From: a virus
Lineage: Duplodnaviria; Caudoviricetes
Strand: one strand, 5' to 3'
DNA length: 35,608 nucleotides
Virus record (IMG/VR): IMGVR_UViG_3300044266_000226
Coordinates: 1-35,608 of that record
Below the pieces are notes generated by a model. That model was not told where the DNA came from, did not search any database, and saw only the letters and a list, made by a program, of their open reading frames with translations. The position numbers were made by a program, and so were the translations under genes. Below, in pieces: positions 16,848-26,461 of this stretch (position 1 is its first letter; the number at the start of each line of letters is the position of its first letter).

Positions 16848-18650
16848 ATGGAATATCTAGGAATTAATATTGATTTGAGTAGAGATAGTTTATTCGATGA
16901 ATTAGGCATTAGGCGGTTAAAAGAAAGCTACATGAAAGAAGATGAAGAAAGTCCACAACATAGATTCGCATTTGTATCCAAAGCGTTCAGCTCGAATCCT
17001 GAACATGCCCAAAGACTCTACGATTATTCTAGCAAGCATTGGTTGTCTTATTCTACTCCCATTCTTAGTTTTGGGCGTTCTAAGCGTGGCATGCCTATTT
17101 CATGTTTCCTCAATTATATCGAAGATACTGCGGAGGGATTAGTTGACAACCTATCAGAAACTAACTGGCTCTCTATGCTCGGCGGCGGTGTGGGTATTGG
17201 TTTTGGTATTCGGTCTGCCGATGATAAGTCTACTGGCGTTATGCCACATCTTAAAATCTACGATGCAAGTTCTTTGGCATATCGTCAAGGTCGCACTCGC
17301 CGTGGTTCTTATGCCGCCTATCTTGATATTAGCCATCCCGATATTATATCTTTTCTCGAAATGCGAAAGCCAACAGGAGACCAAAACCAAAGATGTTTAA
17401 ATCTACATCACGGCATTAATATCACCGATGACTTCATGCACATCATCGAGAAGTGTATGTTGGATCCTGAAGCAAACGATGACTGGCAGTTAAAAGATCC
17501 TCACTCAGGAGAGATTCGTGAAACTGTATCTGCAAAACATCTATGGCAAATGATTTTAGAATTGCGTATGCATACAGGCGAACCATATCTACATTTCATT
17601 GACACCAGTAACAATCAATTACCACAATGGTTAAAAGACAAAGGTTTAAAAGTACACCAATCAAATCTTTGTTCTGAAATTATTTTGCCTACGAATGAAG
17701 AAAGAACTGCTGTATGTTGTCTTTCAAGTTTAAATTTGGAGAATTATGATGAATGGAAAAATGAGCCACTATTTCTTAAAGACGTTGCCGAAATGCTTGA
17801 TAATGTCCTCAATTATTTCATCGCTAATGCTCCTGATGCTATTGCTCGTGCAAAGTATAGTGCCGAAAGAGAGCGTTCTATCGGTATCGGTGCTCTTGGG
17901 TTCCATGCTTATTTGCAGCGCAACGGTATTGCTTTCGAAGGTGTTATGGCCAAAGTAGCCAATAACAGAATGTTCAAACACATTAGTGAAGGATTAAAAA
18001 ATGCAAATCTTGAATTGGGTAAAGAGCGAGGTGAAGCTCCTGATGCTGTCGGTACTGGCTTTAGGTTTAGTCATGTCATGGCTATTGCTCCCAATGCTAG
18101 TAGTTCTATTATTATGGGTAATACATCACCTAGTATAGAACCATTCCGTGCCAACGCATATCGTCAAGATACATTGTCCGGTTCTTTCTTAAATAAAAAT
18201 CGTTGGTTAGATAAGTTAATACAAGATAAGTTGGCAGATGAAAGTGGCGCATTAGCTACAGAAGATTATGATGATGTTTGGTCATCTATTATTGCTAATG
18301 ACGGTAGTGTTCAACACTTGGATATTCTAACACAAGAAGAAAAAGATGTATTTAAAACATCCATGGAAATTGACCAAAGATGGGTTATTGACTTGGCTGC
18401 AGACCGTCAAGCATACATTGACCAAGCGCAATCACTAAACCTGTTCTTTAGACCAGATGCACACATTAAGTATATTCATGCTATTCACTTTATGGCATGG
18501 AAAAAAGGATTGAAAACTTTATACTATTGCCGTTCAGAAAAAATTGGTAAAGCAGATAAAGTGTCTAAGAAAATTCAACGTGAAATTATTAAAGAAATTG
18601 ACATGACACAAATTGCTCAAGGTAACGACTGTATTGCTTGTGAAGGATAA
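16848..18650 (+). CDS. nrdA: Class I ribonucleotide reductase alpha subunit (no ATP cone)
   Basis: ISCF, SNLCSEI, VCCLSS, IAPNASSS, KTLYYCR, C-terminal CIACEG. Confidence 0.97.
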   Translation: MEYLGINIDLSRDSLFDELGIRRLKESYMKEDEESPQHRFAFVSKAFSSNPEHAQRLYDYSSKHWLSYSTPILSFGRSKRGMPISCFLNYIEDTAEGLVDNLSETNWLSMLGGGVGIGFGIRSADDKSTGVMPHLKIYDASSLAYRQGRTRRGSYAAYLDISHPDIISFLEMRKPTGDQNQRCLNLHHGINITDDFMHIIEKCMLDPEANDDWQLKDPHSGEIRETVSAKHLWQMILELRMHTGEPYLHFIDTSNNQLPQWLKDKGLKVHQSNLCSEIILPTNEERTAVCCLSSLNLENYDEWKNEPLFLKDVAEMLDNVLNYFIANAPDAIARAKYSAERERSIGIGALGFHAYLQRNGIAFEGVMAKVANNRMFKHISEGLKNANLELGKERGEAPDAVGTGFRFSHVMAIAPNASSSIIMGNTSPSIEPFRANAYRQDTLSGSFLNKNRWLDKLIQDKLADESGALATEDYDDVWSSIIANDGSVQHLDILTQEEKDVFKTSMEIDQRWVIDLAADRQAYIDQAQSLNLFFRPDAHIKYIHAIHFMAWKKGLKTLYYCRSEKIGKADKVSKKIQREIIKEIDMTQIAQGNDCIACEG

Positions 18651-18651
18651 A

Positions 18652-19638
18652 ATGATTAAGAAAACAGATTTAAATTTAACAGATGAACGAACATATTTCA
18701 AACCTTTCAACTATCCTTGGGCATATGATGCTTGGTTAAAACATGAACAATCACATTGGTTACACACAGAAGTTCCAATGTTAGAAGATGTGAAAGATTG
18801 GAAAAAGAAACTCACTAAAGAAGAAAAACAATTTCTCACCCACATTTTTAGATTCTTCACCCAAGGAGATATTGATGTTGCTGGTGGTTATGTTAATAAT
18901 TATTTGCCTTATTTCCCTCAACCCGAAATACGCATGATGTTGTTGGGCTTTGCTGCTCGTGAAGCACTACATATTGCGGCATACTCACATCTGATTGAAA
19001 CACTTGGTCTACCTGAAACCGTTTATAATGAATTTCTACAATACCAAGAAATGAAAGAGAAACATGATTACGTTATGGACATCAGTAGTAAAAATACTAC
19101 AAAAGAGAACACTGCAACTCATATCGCTGTATTTTCAGCATTTACCGAAGGTATGCAGCTTTTTAGCTCTTTTATTATGTTACTTAATTTTCCAAGACAT
19201 GGGAAAATGAAAGGCATGGGCCAGATTGTTACATGGTCTATTGTTGATGAAACACAACATACAGAAAACATGATTAAACTATTCAGGACATATATAGAAG
19301 AAAATCGTGAAATTTGGAACGATGAACTAAAATCCAAACTGTATGTTATTGCAGAGAAGATGGTAGAACTAGAAGATAAATTTATTGACCTAGCATTTGC
19401 AATGGGAGCTATGGAAGATTTATCTGCTGAAGATGTTAAGAAGTATATTCGTTATATTGCCGACCGTAGATTAATTTCTTTAGGACTCAAAGGTCAGTTT
19501 AAAGTGAAAAGAAATCCTCTACCATGGGTAGAAGAAATGATTAACGCACCAACACACACAAACTTCTTTGAGAACAGAGCAACTGATTACGCTAAAGGTT
19601 CTTTATCAGGAAATTGGGGTGATGTTTGGGCACATTAA
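18652..19638 (+). CDS. nrdB: Ribonucleotide reductase beta subunit
   Basis: FTQGD, EALH...Y, TEG, DETQH ligands, NFFE...Y; ATG 18652 has AAGGA RBS. Confidence 0.97.
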   Translation: MIKKTDLNLTDERTYFKPFNYPWAYDAWLKHEQSHWLHTEVPMLEDVKDWKKKLTKEEKQFLTHIFRFFTQGDIDVAGGYVNNYLPYFPQPEIRMMLLGFAAREALHIAAYSHLIETLGLPETVYNEFLQYQEMKEKHDYVMDISSKNTTKENTATHIAVFSAFTEGMQLFSSFIMLLNFPRHGKMKGMGQIVTWSIVDETQHTENMIKLFRTYIEENREIWNDELKSKLYVIAEKMVELEDKFIDLAFAMGAMEDLSAEDVKKYIRYIADRRLISLGLKGQFKVKRNPLPWVEEMINAPTHTNFFENRATDYAKGSLSGNWGDVWAH

Positions 19639-19647
19639 AGGTTCAAT

Positions 19648-19833
19648 ATGACACAAAAACAATTATCAGGAGAATGCTTGAGTTGTGAATCAACATATAG
19701 CATAGCATTTATGGAAGAACTAGTATCTCAAGATTTACCAGAACATTGCCCATTCTGCGGTGAACAAATCGAAGAATTATCCGAGGACTATATAGAGGAT
19801 GATGACGATTTGGATACTGAGGAATGGGAATAA
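19648..19833 (+). CDS. Small Zn-ribbon protein with acidic tail
   Basis: CLSC...CPFC and D/E-rich C-terminus. Confidence 0.75.
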   Translation: MTQKQLSGECLSCESTYSIAFMEELVSQDLPEHCPFCGEQIEELSEDYIEDDDDLDTEEWE

Positions 19834-20261
19834 ATTGGGTTTATAATAAACAAGATTTTACGGAAGACTTGATTGGTGATAACTACGGGTTCGTGTATCA
19901 GATAACTAATCTGACGAATGGTAAAAAATACATAGGTAAGAAATTCTTTTATTCTACCAAAACCAAACAAGTCAAAGGTAAAAAGAAACGGTATAAAACG
20001 TTTTCGGACTGGCAAACTTACTACGGAAGTAGTGACTTATTAAAGCAAGATGTGTTACAATACGGACAGGAATCTTTCCTAAGAGTTATATTACATCTTT
20101 GCCGTTCTAAAGGTGAATGTGGTTATCTCGAAGCGAAAGAGCAGTTTATTAATAATGTATTAGAGAGTGACGATTATTACAATACATGGATTATGTGTCG
20201 TATAAGAAAATCACACATCAAGGACTACAATGCTAGACGTACTCAAAAATCTCAAGAATGA
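19824..20261 (+). CDS. GIY-YIG-like nuclease-domain protein
   Basis: GFVYQITN...KYIGKK, YYGSS, LE, YYN motifs. Confidence 0.8.
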   Translation: MGINWVYNKQDFTEDLIGDNYGFVYQITNLTNGKKYIGKKFFYSTKTKQVKGKKKRYKTFSDWQTYYGSSDLLKQDVLQYGQESFLRVILHLCRSKGECGYLEAKEQFINNVLESDDYYNTWIMCRIRKSHIKDYNARRTQKSQE

Positions 20262-20583
20262 TCCAGAAGGACCATTTGATGCAATCTTTTTTATGCCAAC
20301 CGAAAAGGAAGATTGTATACACATCGAAGCAAATATGTTGAAGGATCCAGGTGAACCACTTGGTGGTAGTACAATGGGAGAATCTTATGAAGTTATACTA
20401 TTCAAAGATGATACCGAAAAAGATGAGTTATATAATATTGACCGTTTCGAGGCTATATTTTGCGATCCATACGAATACATCTCCAATCTAATACCACAAA
20501 AATGGTTCGGTATGATGGTGAGAAAAACTACCACTTCTGGTGCCTTTGTACAACGTATATTTGACAAACTGCAGGAATCGTGA
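20230..20583 (+). CDS. Hypothetical protein
   Basis: AAGGA RBS, 117-aa ORF. Confidence 0.75.
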   Translation: MLDVLKNLKNDPEGPFDAIFFMPTEKEDCIHIEANMLKDPGEPLGGSTMGESYEVILFKDDTEKDELYNIDRFEAIFCDPYEYISNLIPQKWFGMMVRKTTTSGAFVQRIFDKLQES

Positions 20584-20589
20584 TATAAT
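20561..20589 (+). promoter_or_regulatory. Consensus sigma70 promoter for rnh
   Basis: TTGACA-17 bp-TATAAT with TGn extension. Confidence 0.85.
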
Positions 20590-20617
20590 ATAATTTTGAA
20601 ACTATTGAAAGTTTGGT

Positions 20618-21457
20618 ATGATTCTCGTAGACTTAAATCAGGTATTGCTTGCCGGACTGATGGCACAAATTGCCAACCAAAAAGGTAAGTTAGATGAAAG
20701 TTTAATCCGTCATATGGTATTAAACATCATTCGTAACCATGTTAAGAATTTCAAAGCTGAATACGGCGAAGTGGTATTATGTTGTGATAACCGTAAATAT
20801 TGGCGTAAAGAATATTTTCCATTTTACAAAGCAAACCGTAAAAAGAATCGTGATAAGTCCGATTTGGATTGGCATTTAATCTTTGATATGCTTGCCAAAT
20901 TCAAACAAGAACTCAAAGATAATTTCCCATACAAAGTATTAGATATTGAAGGTGCTGAAGCCGATGATATTATTGGTACATTAGCACCAAGGCAATCATT
21001 ACACGAAAAGGTTTTAATTTTGTCTAGTGATGGGGATTTTCTTCAATTACAAAAATATAAGAATGTCAAACAATATAATCCATCACAGAAGAAATATGTG
21101 AAGTCTGAGGATCCAATCAAGGAACTCAAGGAGAAGATTATTCGTGGAGACAAGGGTGATGGTATACCCAATATGTTTTCGCCTGGAGATTGTTTTGTCC
21201 GTGACCTCCGTCAGAAACCTATCACACAAAAAACATTAGATAAGTATTTGAATGGAGATATTAAAAGCTTCTCTTATGATGAGACTGTTAATTTTGGCAG
21301 AAATCAAACGCTTATCGATTTGACTTTTATTCCACAAGAGATTAAAGAGAGAATCATAAATACATATGAAGAAACAAAGCCTGCTAAAGGCAAGTTATTG
21401 AATTATTTTATTGAACACAAACTGAAAAACTTAATGGAAGTAATAGAGGAATTCTGA
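20618..21457 (+). CDS. rnh: T4-like RNase H (5'-3' exonuclease/FEN family)
   Basis: MILVD, YWRK...YKANR, EADDII, SSDGDFLQL, GDKGDGIPN. Confidence 0.95.
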   Translation: MILVDLNQVLLAGLMAQIANQKGKLDESLIRHMVLNIIRNHVKNFKAEYGEVVLCCDNRKYWRKEYFPFYKANRKKNRDKSDLDWHLIFDMLAKFKQELKDNFPYKVLDIEGAEADDIIGTLAPRQSLHEKVLILSSDGDFLQLQKYKNVKQYNPSQKKYVKSEDPIKELKEKIIRGDKGDGIPNMFSPGDCFVRDLRQKPITQKTLDKYLNGDIKSFSYDETVNFGRNQTLIDLTFIPQEIKERIINTYEETKPAKGKLLNYFIEHKLKNLMEVIEEF

Positions 21458-21882
21458 TGAGACATATGTTTCAAATTTTTGATGACTTTGAACAAGCATC
21501 AACCAAGAGTGAAAAAATGGAAGTAATTGGTAAGAACCTTAGTTCAACTTTGGTTGAAGTGTTGAAATTAACATATCATCCTAATTTTCAATGGTTGGTT
21601 AAAGAATTACCGGATAATTACAAAGTAGCTTCAGATAATATACCTGGTTTCAATAGGTCACAATTATCTACTGAGTTGCGTAGATTGTATTTGTTTCAAC
21701 AAGGAAATCCTGATGCAGAAAGACTTTCTCCTAGAAAGCGGCAGGAATTATTATATCAATTGTTAGATTCAGTTGAACCCCGTGAAGCAGAAGTAATACT
21801 TGGAATATTTCAAAAAGACCAAGGTGTAAAAGGTTTAGATTACAAATTTGTTAAAGAGGCATTTCCAAACTTATTACCATAA
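21457..21882 (+). CDS. Conserved T4-like hypothetical protein (DUF6433-like)
   Basis: Position after rnh; ELRRLYLF...EAE...VKEAFP pattern; ATAAATA at 21356-21362 upstream. Confidence 0.7.
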   Translation: MRHMFQIFDDFEQASTKSEKMEVIGKNLSSTLVEVLKLTYHPNFQWLVKELPDNYKVASDNIPGFNRSQLSTELRRLYLFQQGNPDAERLSPRKRQELLYQLLDSVEPREAEVILGIFQKDQGVKGLDYKFVKEAFPNLLP

Positions 21883-22253
21883 TGAGAGAACCAGAAAAAA
21901 TAGTTGTTATTTGTGGAACTTTTGACCCATTATCTGCTGATGATTTACTCTACATTAAAAAATGTCACCATAAAGGACAATGGTTAATTGTTGGTGTACA
22001 CACCGATTGGTGGATGCAGTGGGCTGAAGGTGGTTTTGTACAAAATTATGATACTCGTAGAGAAATTATTAGAAGCATAAAATATGTTGATGAAGTTATG
22101 ACATTCAATGATTCGGATGGCACCGTCTGCCAATTGCTCAAAATCGTAAAAATTTGTTATCCTGGAGCCGATATTACCTATATCACTCCTGAGGATATGC
22201 ATAATATGCCGGAGATGAAAATCAAAGGCATCAACTTTGAAACCATGAAATAG
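21882..22253 (+). CDS. Cytidylyltransferase-fold protein with degenerate HxGH motif
   Basis: GTFDPL, LIVGVHTD, R..II.SIKYVDEV..F.DSDG; HxGH position reads SADD. Confidence 0.75.
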   Translation: MREPEKIVVICGTFDPLSADDLLYIKKCHHKGQWLIVGVHTDWWMQWAEGGFVQNYDTRREIIRSIKYVDEVMTFNDSDGTVCQLLKIVKICYPGADITYITPEDMHNMPEMKIKGINFETMK

Positions 22254-22262
22254 GAGAAGTAA

Positions 22263-22445
22263 GTGTCAAAATTTGTAGGCAAGTTTCGCAAGAACCAAGA
22301 TTATAACGAAGATTACAGTTATATGCCAAAACGAAAACATAAGAATGAACATTCTGAAATCAAAAAGATGAAGAATCGGAATGTTGAGGAAGTGTTAAGT
22401 CAGTTAGATGATGCAAGTTTACCAGAAGAAAACAGAAAATTCTGA
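22263..22445 (+). CDS. Small hydrophilic protein
   Basis: AGGAG RBS, GTG start. Confidence 0.7.
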   Translation: MSKFVGKFRKNQDYNEDYSYMPKRKHKNEHSEIKKMKNRNVEEVLSQLDDASLPEENRKF

Positions 22446-22489
22446 TTTTCTCTTATAAGTAGGTATGTCCGCCTTTGATAAAAAGGTAT

Positions 22490-22507
22490 TGTTGCTTCCA
22501 TACAACA
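22490..22507. promoter_or_regulatory. 18-bp palindromic operator-like site
   Basis: TGTTGCTTCCATACAACA, 7 bp upstream of a -35 box. Confidence 0.75.
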
Positions 22508-22514
22508 TATCCGC

Positions 22515-22543
22515 TTGACATCCTACCTTACCTGTATTATAAT
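22515..22543 (+). promoter_or_regulatory. Consensus sigma70 promoter
   Basis: TTGACA-17 bp-TATAAT. Confidence 0.9.
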
Positions 22544-22571
22544 GGATTCTTCACATGGAGAATTCTTTATT

Positions 22572-22913
22572 ATGATATACGGTTACATTCCAAAATCTAA
22601 ACCAAAGAAATTGACAAAGGCTCAACAAGAGCAAAAAGCAGCATGGTTATCTGCCATCAATAAATTGTCATCAAAACGGTATTCCCGTTCACCTATCATC
22701 AAAACAAGTTTACCAATTCAAAAAACGGTAACCTATCACAGAGAAACTCCAAAGATTGCGTCCTTAGATACTGGTTTTATCGCTTGTACGAAGAAATTCG
22801 GAAATTCATATACTGGCGAGAAAATTAAAGGCATCGGTACAATGCACAAATCAAATGCTGTGCCAATTTTTACAGATAACGAAGCAAAAGAAATAGCGAG
22901 TATGCGAAGATGA
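22572..22913 (+). CDS. Conserved T4-like basic hypothetical protein
   Basis: YTG...GIGTMHKSNAVPIF motif; ATG 22572 follows GGAG, and the listed 22515 start is the -35 box. Confidence 0.8.
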   Translation: MIYGYIPKSKPKKLTKAQQEQKAAWLSAINKLSSKRYSRSPIIKTSLPIQKTVTYHRETPKIASLDTGFIACTKKFGNSYTGEKIKGIGTMHKSNAVPIFTDNEAKEIASMRR

Positions 22914-23056
22914 GCGAATTTGAAGAATATTTTGAATATTTGGAAGAACTGAGTGATGACGATTTGGCCAAAGAGTTAGTTTGGCTCGAGGAAATCGGCA
23001 AAGCAAAGAAAAGTGGTAAAAATCTTGTAATTAATGAATCATTTTATCAAATGTGA
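22910..23056 (+). CDS. 48-aa acidic hypothetical protein (not in ORF track)
   Basis: MSEFEEYFEYLEEL...; overlaps neighbouring stop and start. Confidence 0.65.
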   Translation: MSEFEEYFEYLEELSDDDLAKELVWLEEIGKAKKSGKNLVINESFYQM

Positions 23057-23253
23057 GTGAAAATATGTTAAGTCAGCACGAAGAAAAAGCAATACATAGA
23101 GGAATCGATGAGATTTTCTTCAATTTGCGTCATTTGGACATTGAAGATGTAGCTTATCACTTAGTAAAATTCGATCCGAGTCTTGCCGACAAGTTGGCAG
23201 CTGCAATCGAACACAATTTTTTCGACAAGGAGCACAAAAATGAGCGAAAATAA
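23053..23253 (+). CDS. Hypothetical protein
   Basis: ORF tiling; start GTG 23053 or ATG 23065. Confidence 0.65.
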   Translation: MSENMLSQHEEKAIHRGIDEIFFNLRHLDIEDVAYHLVKFDPSLADKLAAAIEHNFFDKEHKNERK

Positions 23254-23407
23254 TCAAGGACACTACATTTGGCTCGATGCTATAGCTGATGATGAAGAAA
23301 TTCCTGCGTGGAAACGCTTGGATATCGTTACTCGCAAGTGGGCAACGCTGTCAAATTTTGAAAAAGACCAAACAAGTTATCAAAAACTGAAAGAATATTA
23401 TGCCTAA
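23240..23407 (+). CDS. Hypothetical protein
   Basis: AAGGAG RBS before ATG 23240. Confidence 0.7.
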   Translation: MSENNQGHYIWLDAIADDEEIPAWKRLDIVTRKWATLSNFEKDQTSYQKLKEYYA

Positions 23408-24071
23408 GATGTTTAAATCGAGCATGCCGTTGAAAAATTGCATACTTTTTGAGTTCAATACACAAAAAGAACTTGCTCTTGCGTTCTGCCGTGTAGAAGA
23501 ATACTATGAAGGCAACCCAAAAGTAAACGGAAAGTACCTAACATTCGAGGAGTTCATTGATGCATTCACCGATGATGATGGCAAAATCGATTACTTTAAC
23601 TATTGGTCAGGTTTCAACATTCCTGGCAACATTTTTTCTTCTTGGTTCAAGCAAAAAGCATCCAATAAGACAAAATGGGAAACAGCACTTGCTGAAGTAG
23701 TGAGTGAGAAAATCGATTTCACCAAACCATACTACGTTATCGGTGGTAAAAAAGGTGACATGGGTACAATTGACCACGAATTGGCTCATGCTCTATATTT
23801 TATGGATAAAGCATATGCTGCCGAAATGTCCGAAGTTACCTATAAATTCTATAAACAACACCGTAAAGACTATGTTAAAGTGGTTAAGAAGCTCAAGAAG
23901 ATGGGTTATGGTGAGAATGTCATTAAGGATGAGGTACAAGCCTATATGAGTACCGGTACCAAAAAGGAACTGGTAGATAGATTTGATATCGATATCGAAA
24001 GTACCAAGTCAATCCGTGCTGATTACCGTAAGGTGTTGTCCCGATACAACACTTATAAGAAAAAAGGTTGA
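23400..24071 (+). CDS. HExxH zincin-like protein
   Basis: IDHELAHALY with downstream DEVQAY. Confidence 0.7.
   Translation: MPKMFKSSMPLKNCILFEFNTQKELALAFCRVEEYYEGNPKVNGKYLTFEEFIDAFTDDDGKIDYFNYWSGFNIPGNIFSSWFKQKASNKTKWETALAEVVSEKIDFTKPYYVIGGKKGDMGTIDHELAHALYFMDKAYAAEMSEVTYKFYKQHRKDYVKVVKKLKKMGYGENVIKDEVQAYMSTGTKKELVDRFDIDIESTKSIRADYRKVLSRYNTYKKKG
24034..24051. promoter_or_regulatory. 18-bp palindromic operator-like site
   Basis: TGTTGTCCCGATACAACA, 16 bp upstream of a -35 box, inside a CDS. Confidence 0.75.
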
Positions 24072-24096
24072 CGGTAGATGATCCTTGTAGTATAAT
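24068..24096 (+). promoter_or_regulatory. sigma70 promoter
   Basis: TTGACG-17 bp-TATAAT, then GGAG RBS. Confidence 0.85.
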
Positions 24097-24119
24097 GGTT
24101 CTCTTAACTCGGAGATTAT

Positions 24120-26261
24120 ATGGAACTTATTCAATCAAAATCGTTACTTGCCAAACTGATGGCAACAGAAAATCTTATCGTTGAACAACGCAAGGTACAA
24201 ACTGCGTCATTCGATGTGAAGAACCGTGTATTGACGGTACCTGTATTAGACAAAAATATTTCTGGTTATCTTTATGACCTTTTCATGGGTCATGAAGTTG
24301 GCCATGCGCTCTATACTCCTCTCGATGGTCTAATCAAGGCTCGTGATGAGAAGATTCCATCTGGCATTATGAATGTCATTGAAGATGTGCGTATCGAGAA
24401 AAAAATCAAAAACAAATATCCTGGTATTCGTTCCAGTTTCATTCGTGCATACCGTGAATTGATTGATAAAGATTTTTTTGGTACTGCTGGTACTGATTTA
24501 AATGATTTGAATTTTATTGACCGTGTTAACCTTTACACTAAAGGTGGTGCAACACAAGGCATTAAATTTACCGACTATGAGCAATCTCTCGTTCGCATGA
24601 TTGAAGGGACCGAGACCTATGATGATGTAATGGAGGTTGCTCGCCTCGTTTCTACCTACATGAAGAAGCAAGCCGAAGAACACAAGAAAAATCACATTAC
24701 TGAATTTGAAGAAGATGAAGAAGGTGATTATGAAGGCTTTGATTCCGAAGGTTATGATGATTCTGATGAATTTGATGACGAAGAAGAAACCAAGAAAGAT
24801 AATAAATCTGGTGAAACTGATGTTGATGATTCTGATGATGAAACCGATGCCGAACCAGAAGATGGTTCACAAGCTGGTGGTACTGAATTATCTGAACACG
24901 ATTCAAATGAAACTAAATCTTATACTGATGAAGCTTATCGCAGAAATGAGAAAAAGTTGTTTGAAGTTGATAATCTCACCTACTACTATGCCAACATTCC
25001 AAATATTAATTTAGATGATGCAATTGTAGGTCACAAGGCTTTGTGGAAAAGATATCGTGAATCTGCTGAGAGTCCTTACGCATACAAAAAAGGTATTGAT
25101 ACCGTGAAGTTTATGAAGTTGCGTAATGATTCCAAGAAAGTTGTTGGTTATCTTGCCAAAGAATTTGAGTTGCGTAAAAATGCTGACCAATTGAAACGTG
25201 CTTCTATTGCCAAAACTGGTGATTTGAACATGAGTAAACTCTATGCGTACCAATTGACTGATGACATCTTCAAAAAGATGACAGTAGTTCCTGGTGCCAA
25301 ATCTCATGGTCTTATTATGTTCCTCGATTGGTCTGGTTCTATGTCTAATCACATGGAGAACACCATCAAGCAGTTAATTAACTTGGTAATGTTTTGTAAG
25401 AAGGTGAATATTCCTTTTGATGTATATGCTTTCAGTCAAGAGTATGATGCACCATACAAACAAACACAAGTTGAAGGTGACATTGTGTTACACAACTTCA
25501 AATTGTTAAACTTGTTGTCCAGTAAGATGACTGCATCTGAATTTACATATGCCGGTTCTGCTCTGGTTCAAATGTCAGAATATCGCCGTGGCTGGAAACC
25601 AAACTGGTTCCAAAAAGGCGGTACACCTTTGAACGAAGCTATTATCTCTGCTATGAAAATTGTTCCTGAATTTCAGAAGCAATACAAGTTACAGATTGTT
25701 AATACTGTATTCTTGACTGACGGTGAAGGTCATACAAACAGAGAAGTATTTTATCGTGACAACAAAGGTATCATGAGAGACGGCACAACCAATCAAGAAC
25801 TTGATTATGGTAGTGATGACTGGCGTGTTGTTCGTAAAATGGTTTTGCGTGATCCAGTTACCAAACACCAAGAATTTGTTGACAATTCATATAACCGTGA
25901 TTTGACAACAACATATATAAAAATGTTGAAGGCGAGAACTAATTGTAACATTGTTGGTTTCTATGTATTGGCTGGTCGTGAACTTGGTCGTGAATTACAT
26001 TTCTTTTATCCTAACAACTATATGTTGCACGATAAAATCAAGTCTGAGTTCCGTAAGAATAAATCTTTGACAGTTACTAATGCCGGTTTTGATGAGTATT
26101 ATTTGCTCCGTTCAGAAGGCATGGATACTGATGAAGATGCAACCTTTGAAGTGAAAGAGAATGCCACAACTCGTGGATTGGTTTCAGCGTTTAGTAAGTT
26201 TGCTGGTAACCGTTTGAATAACCGTGTAGTACTTAATCGTTTTATAGGATTAATATCATGA
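24120..26261 (+). CDS. CobT-like metallopeptidase-like + vWA domain protein
   Basis: GHEVGHALYT, NVIEDVRIE, acidic linker, MIDAS FLDWSGSM, GGTPL, FLTDGE. Confidence 0.88.
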   Translation: MELIQSKSLLAKLMATENLIVEQRKVQTASFDVKNRVLTVPVLDKNISGYLYDLFMGHEVGHALYTPLDGLIKARDEKIPSGIMNVIEDVRIEKKIKNKYPGIRSSFIRAYRELIDKDFFGTAGTDLNDLNFIDRVNLYTKGGATQGIKFTDYEQSLVRMIEGTETYDDVMEVARLVSTYMKKQAEEHKKNHITEFEEDEEGDYEGFDSEGYDDSDEFDDEEETKKDNKSGETDVDDSDDETDAEPEDGSQAGGTELSEHDSNETKSYTDEAYRRNEKKLFEVDNLTYYYANIPNINLDDAIVGHKALWKRYRESAESPYAYKKGIDTVKFMKLRNDSKKVVGYLAKEFELRKNADQLKRASIAKTGDLNMSKLYAYQLTDDIFKKMTVVPGAKSHGLIMFLDWSGSMSNHMENTIKQLINLVMFCKKVNIPFDVYAFSQEYDAPYKQTQVEGDIVLHNFKLLNLLSSKMTASEFTYAGSALVQMSEYRRGWKPNWFQKGGTPLNEAIISAMKIVPEFQKQYKLQIVNTVFLTDGEGHTNREVFYRDNKGIMRDGTTNQELDYGSDDWRVVRKMVLRDPVTKHQEFVDNSYNRDLTTTYIKMLKARTNCNIVGFYVLAGRELGRELHFFYPNNYMLHDKIKSEFRKNKSLTVTNAGFDEYYLLRSEGMDTDEDATFEVKENATTRGLVSAFSKFAGNRLNNRVVLNRFIGLIS

Positions 26262-26461
26262 AAGATATAGCAACATTTGTTGGACAGTCAGGTAAAATTA
26301 TGGCCGTAATTTACGAAGGTGAAGGTTACTGGAAAGTAAATTATGGCACATCTGAATCACCGGCTTCTTTTAGTAAAGTGTTTATGACCGAATCTGAAGC
26401 AACTCAGTTTGCGGCAGAGTATACTAACAAAGGTTCAAACCCAACTTTTTTGAGTGAATAA
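26258..26461 (+). CDS. Hypothetical protein
   Basis: AGGA RBS, coupled start. Confidence 0.7.
   Translation: MKDIATFVGQSGKIMAVIYEGEGYWKVNYGTSESPASFSKVFMTESEATQFAAEYTNKGSNPTFLSE

Noticed and set aside
16942-17958. +1-frame ORFs inside nrdA (similar ones at 4243, 15986, 23704, 24706)
   Set aside because: No convincing RBS or compositional signal; such frames are often open by chance
16848-20261. Introns or inteins in nrdA/nrdB linked to the GIY-YIG gene
   Set aside because: Both genes are continuous and of normal length; the GIY-YIG ORF is free-standing
22513-22543. GCTT before several -35 boxes as a possible T4 MotA box
   Set aside because: Spacing to the -10 fits a sigma70 -35 element (16-17 bp), not the closer MotA-box spacing
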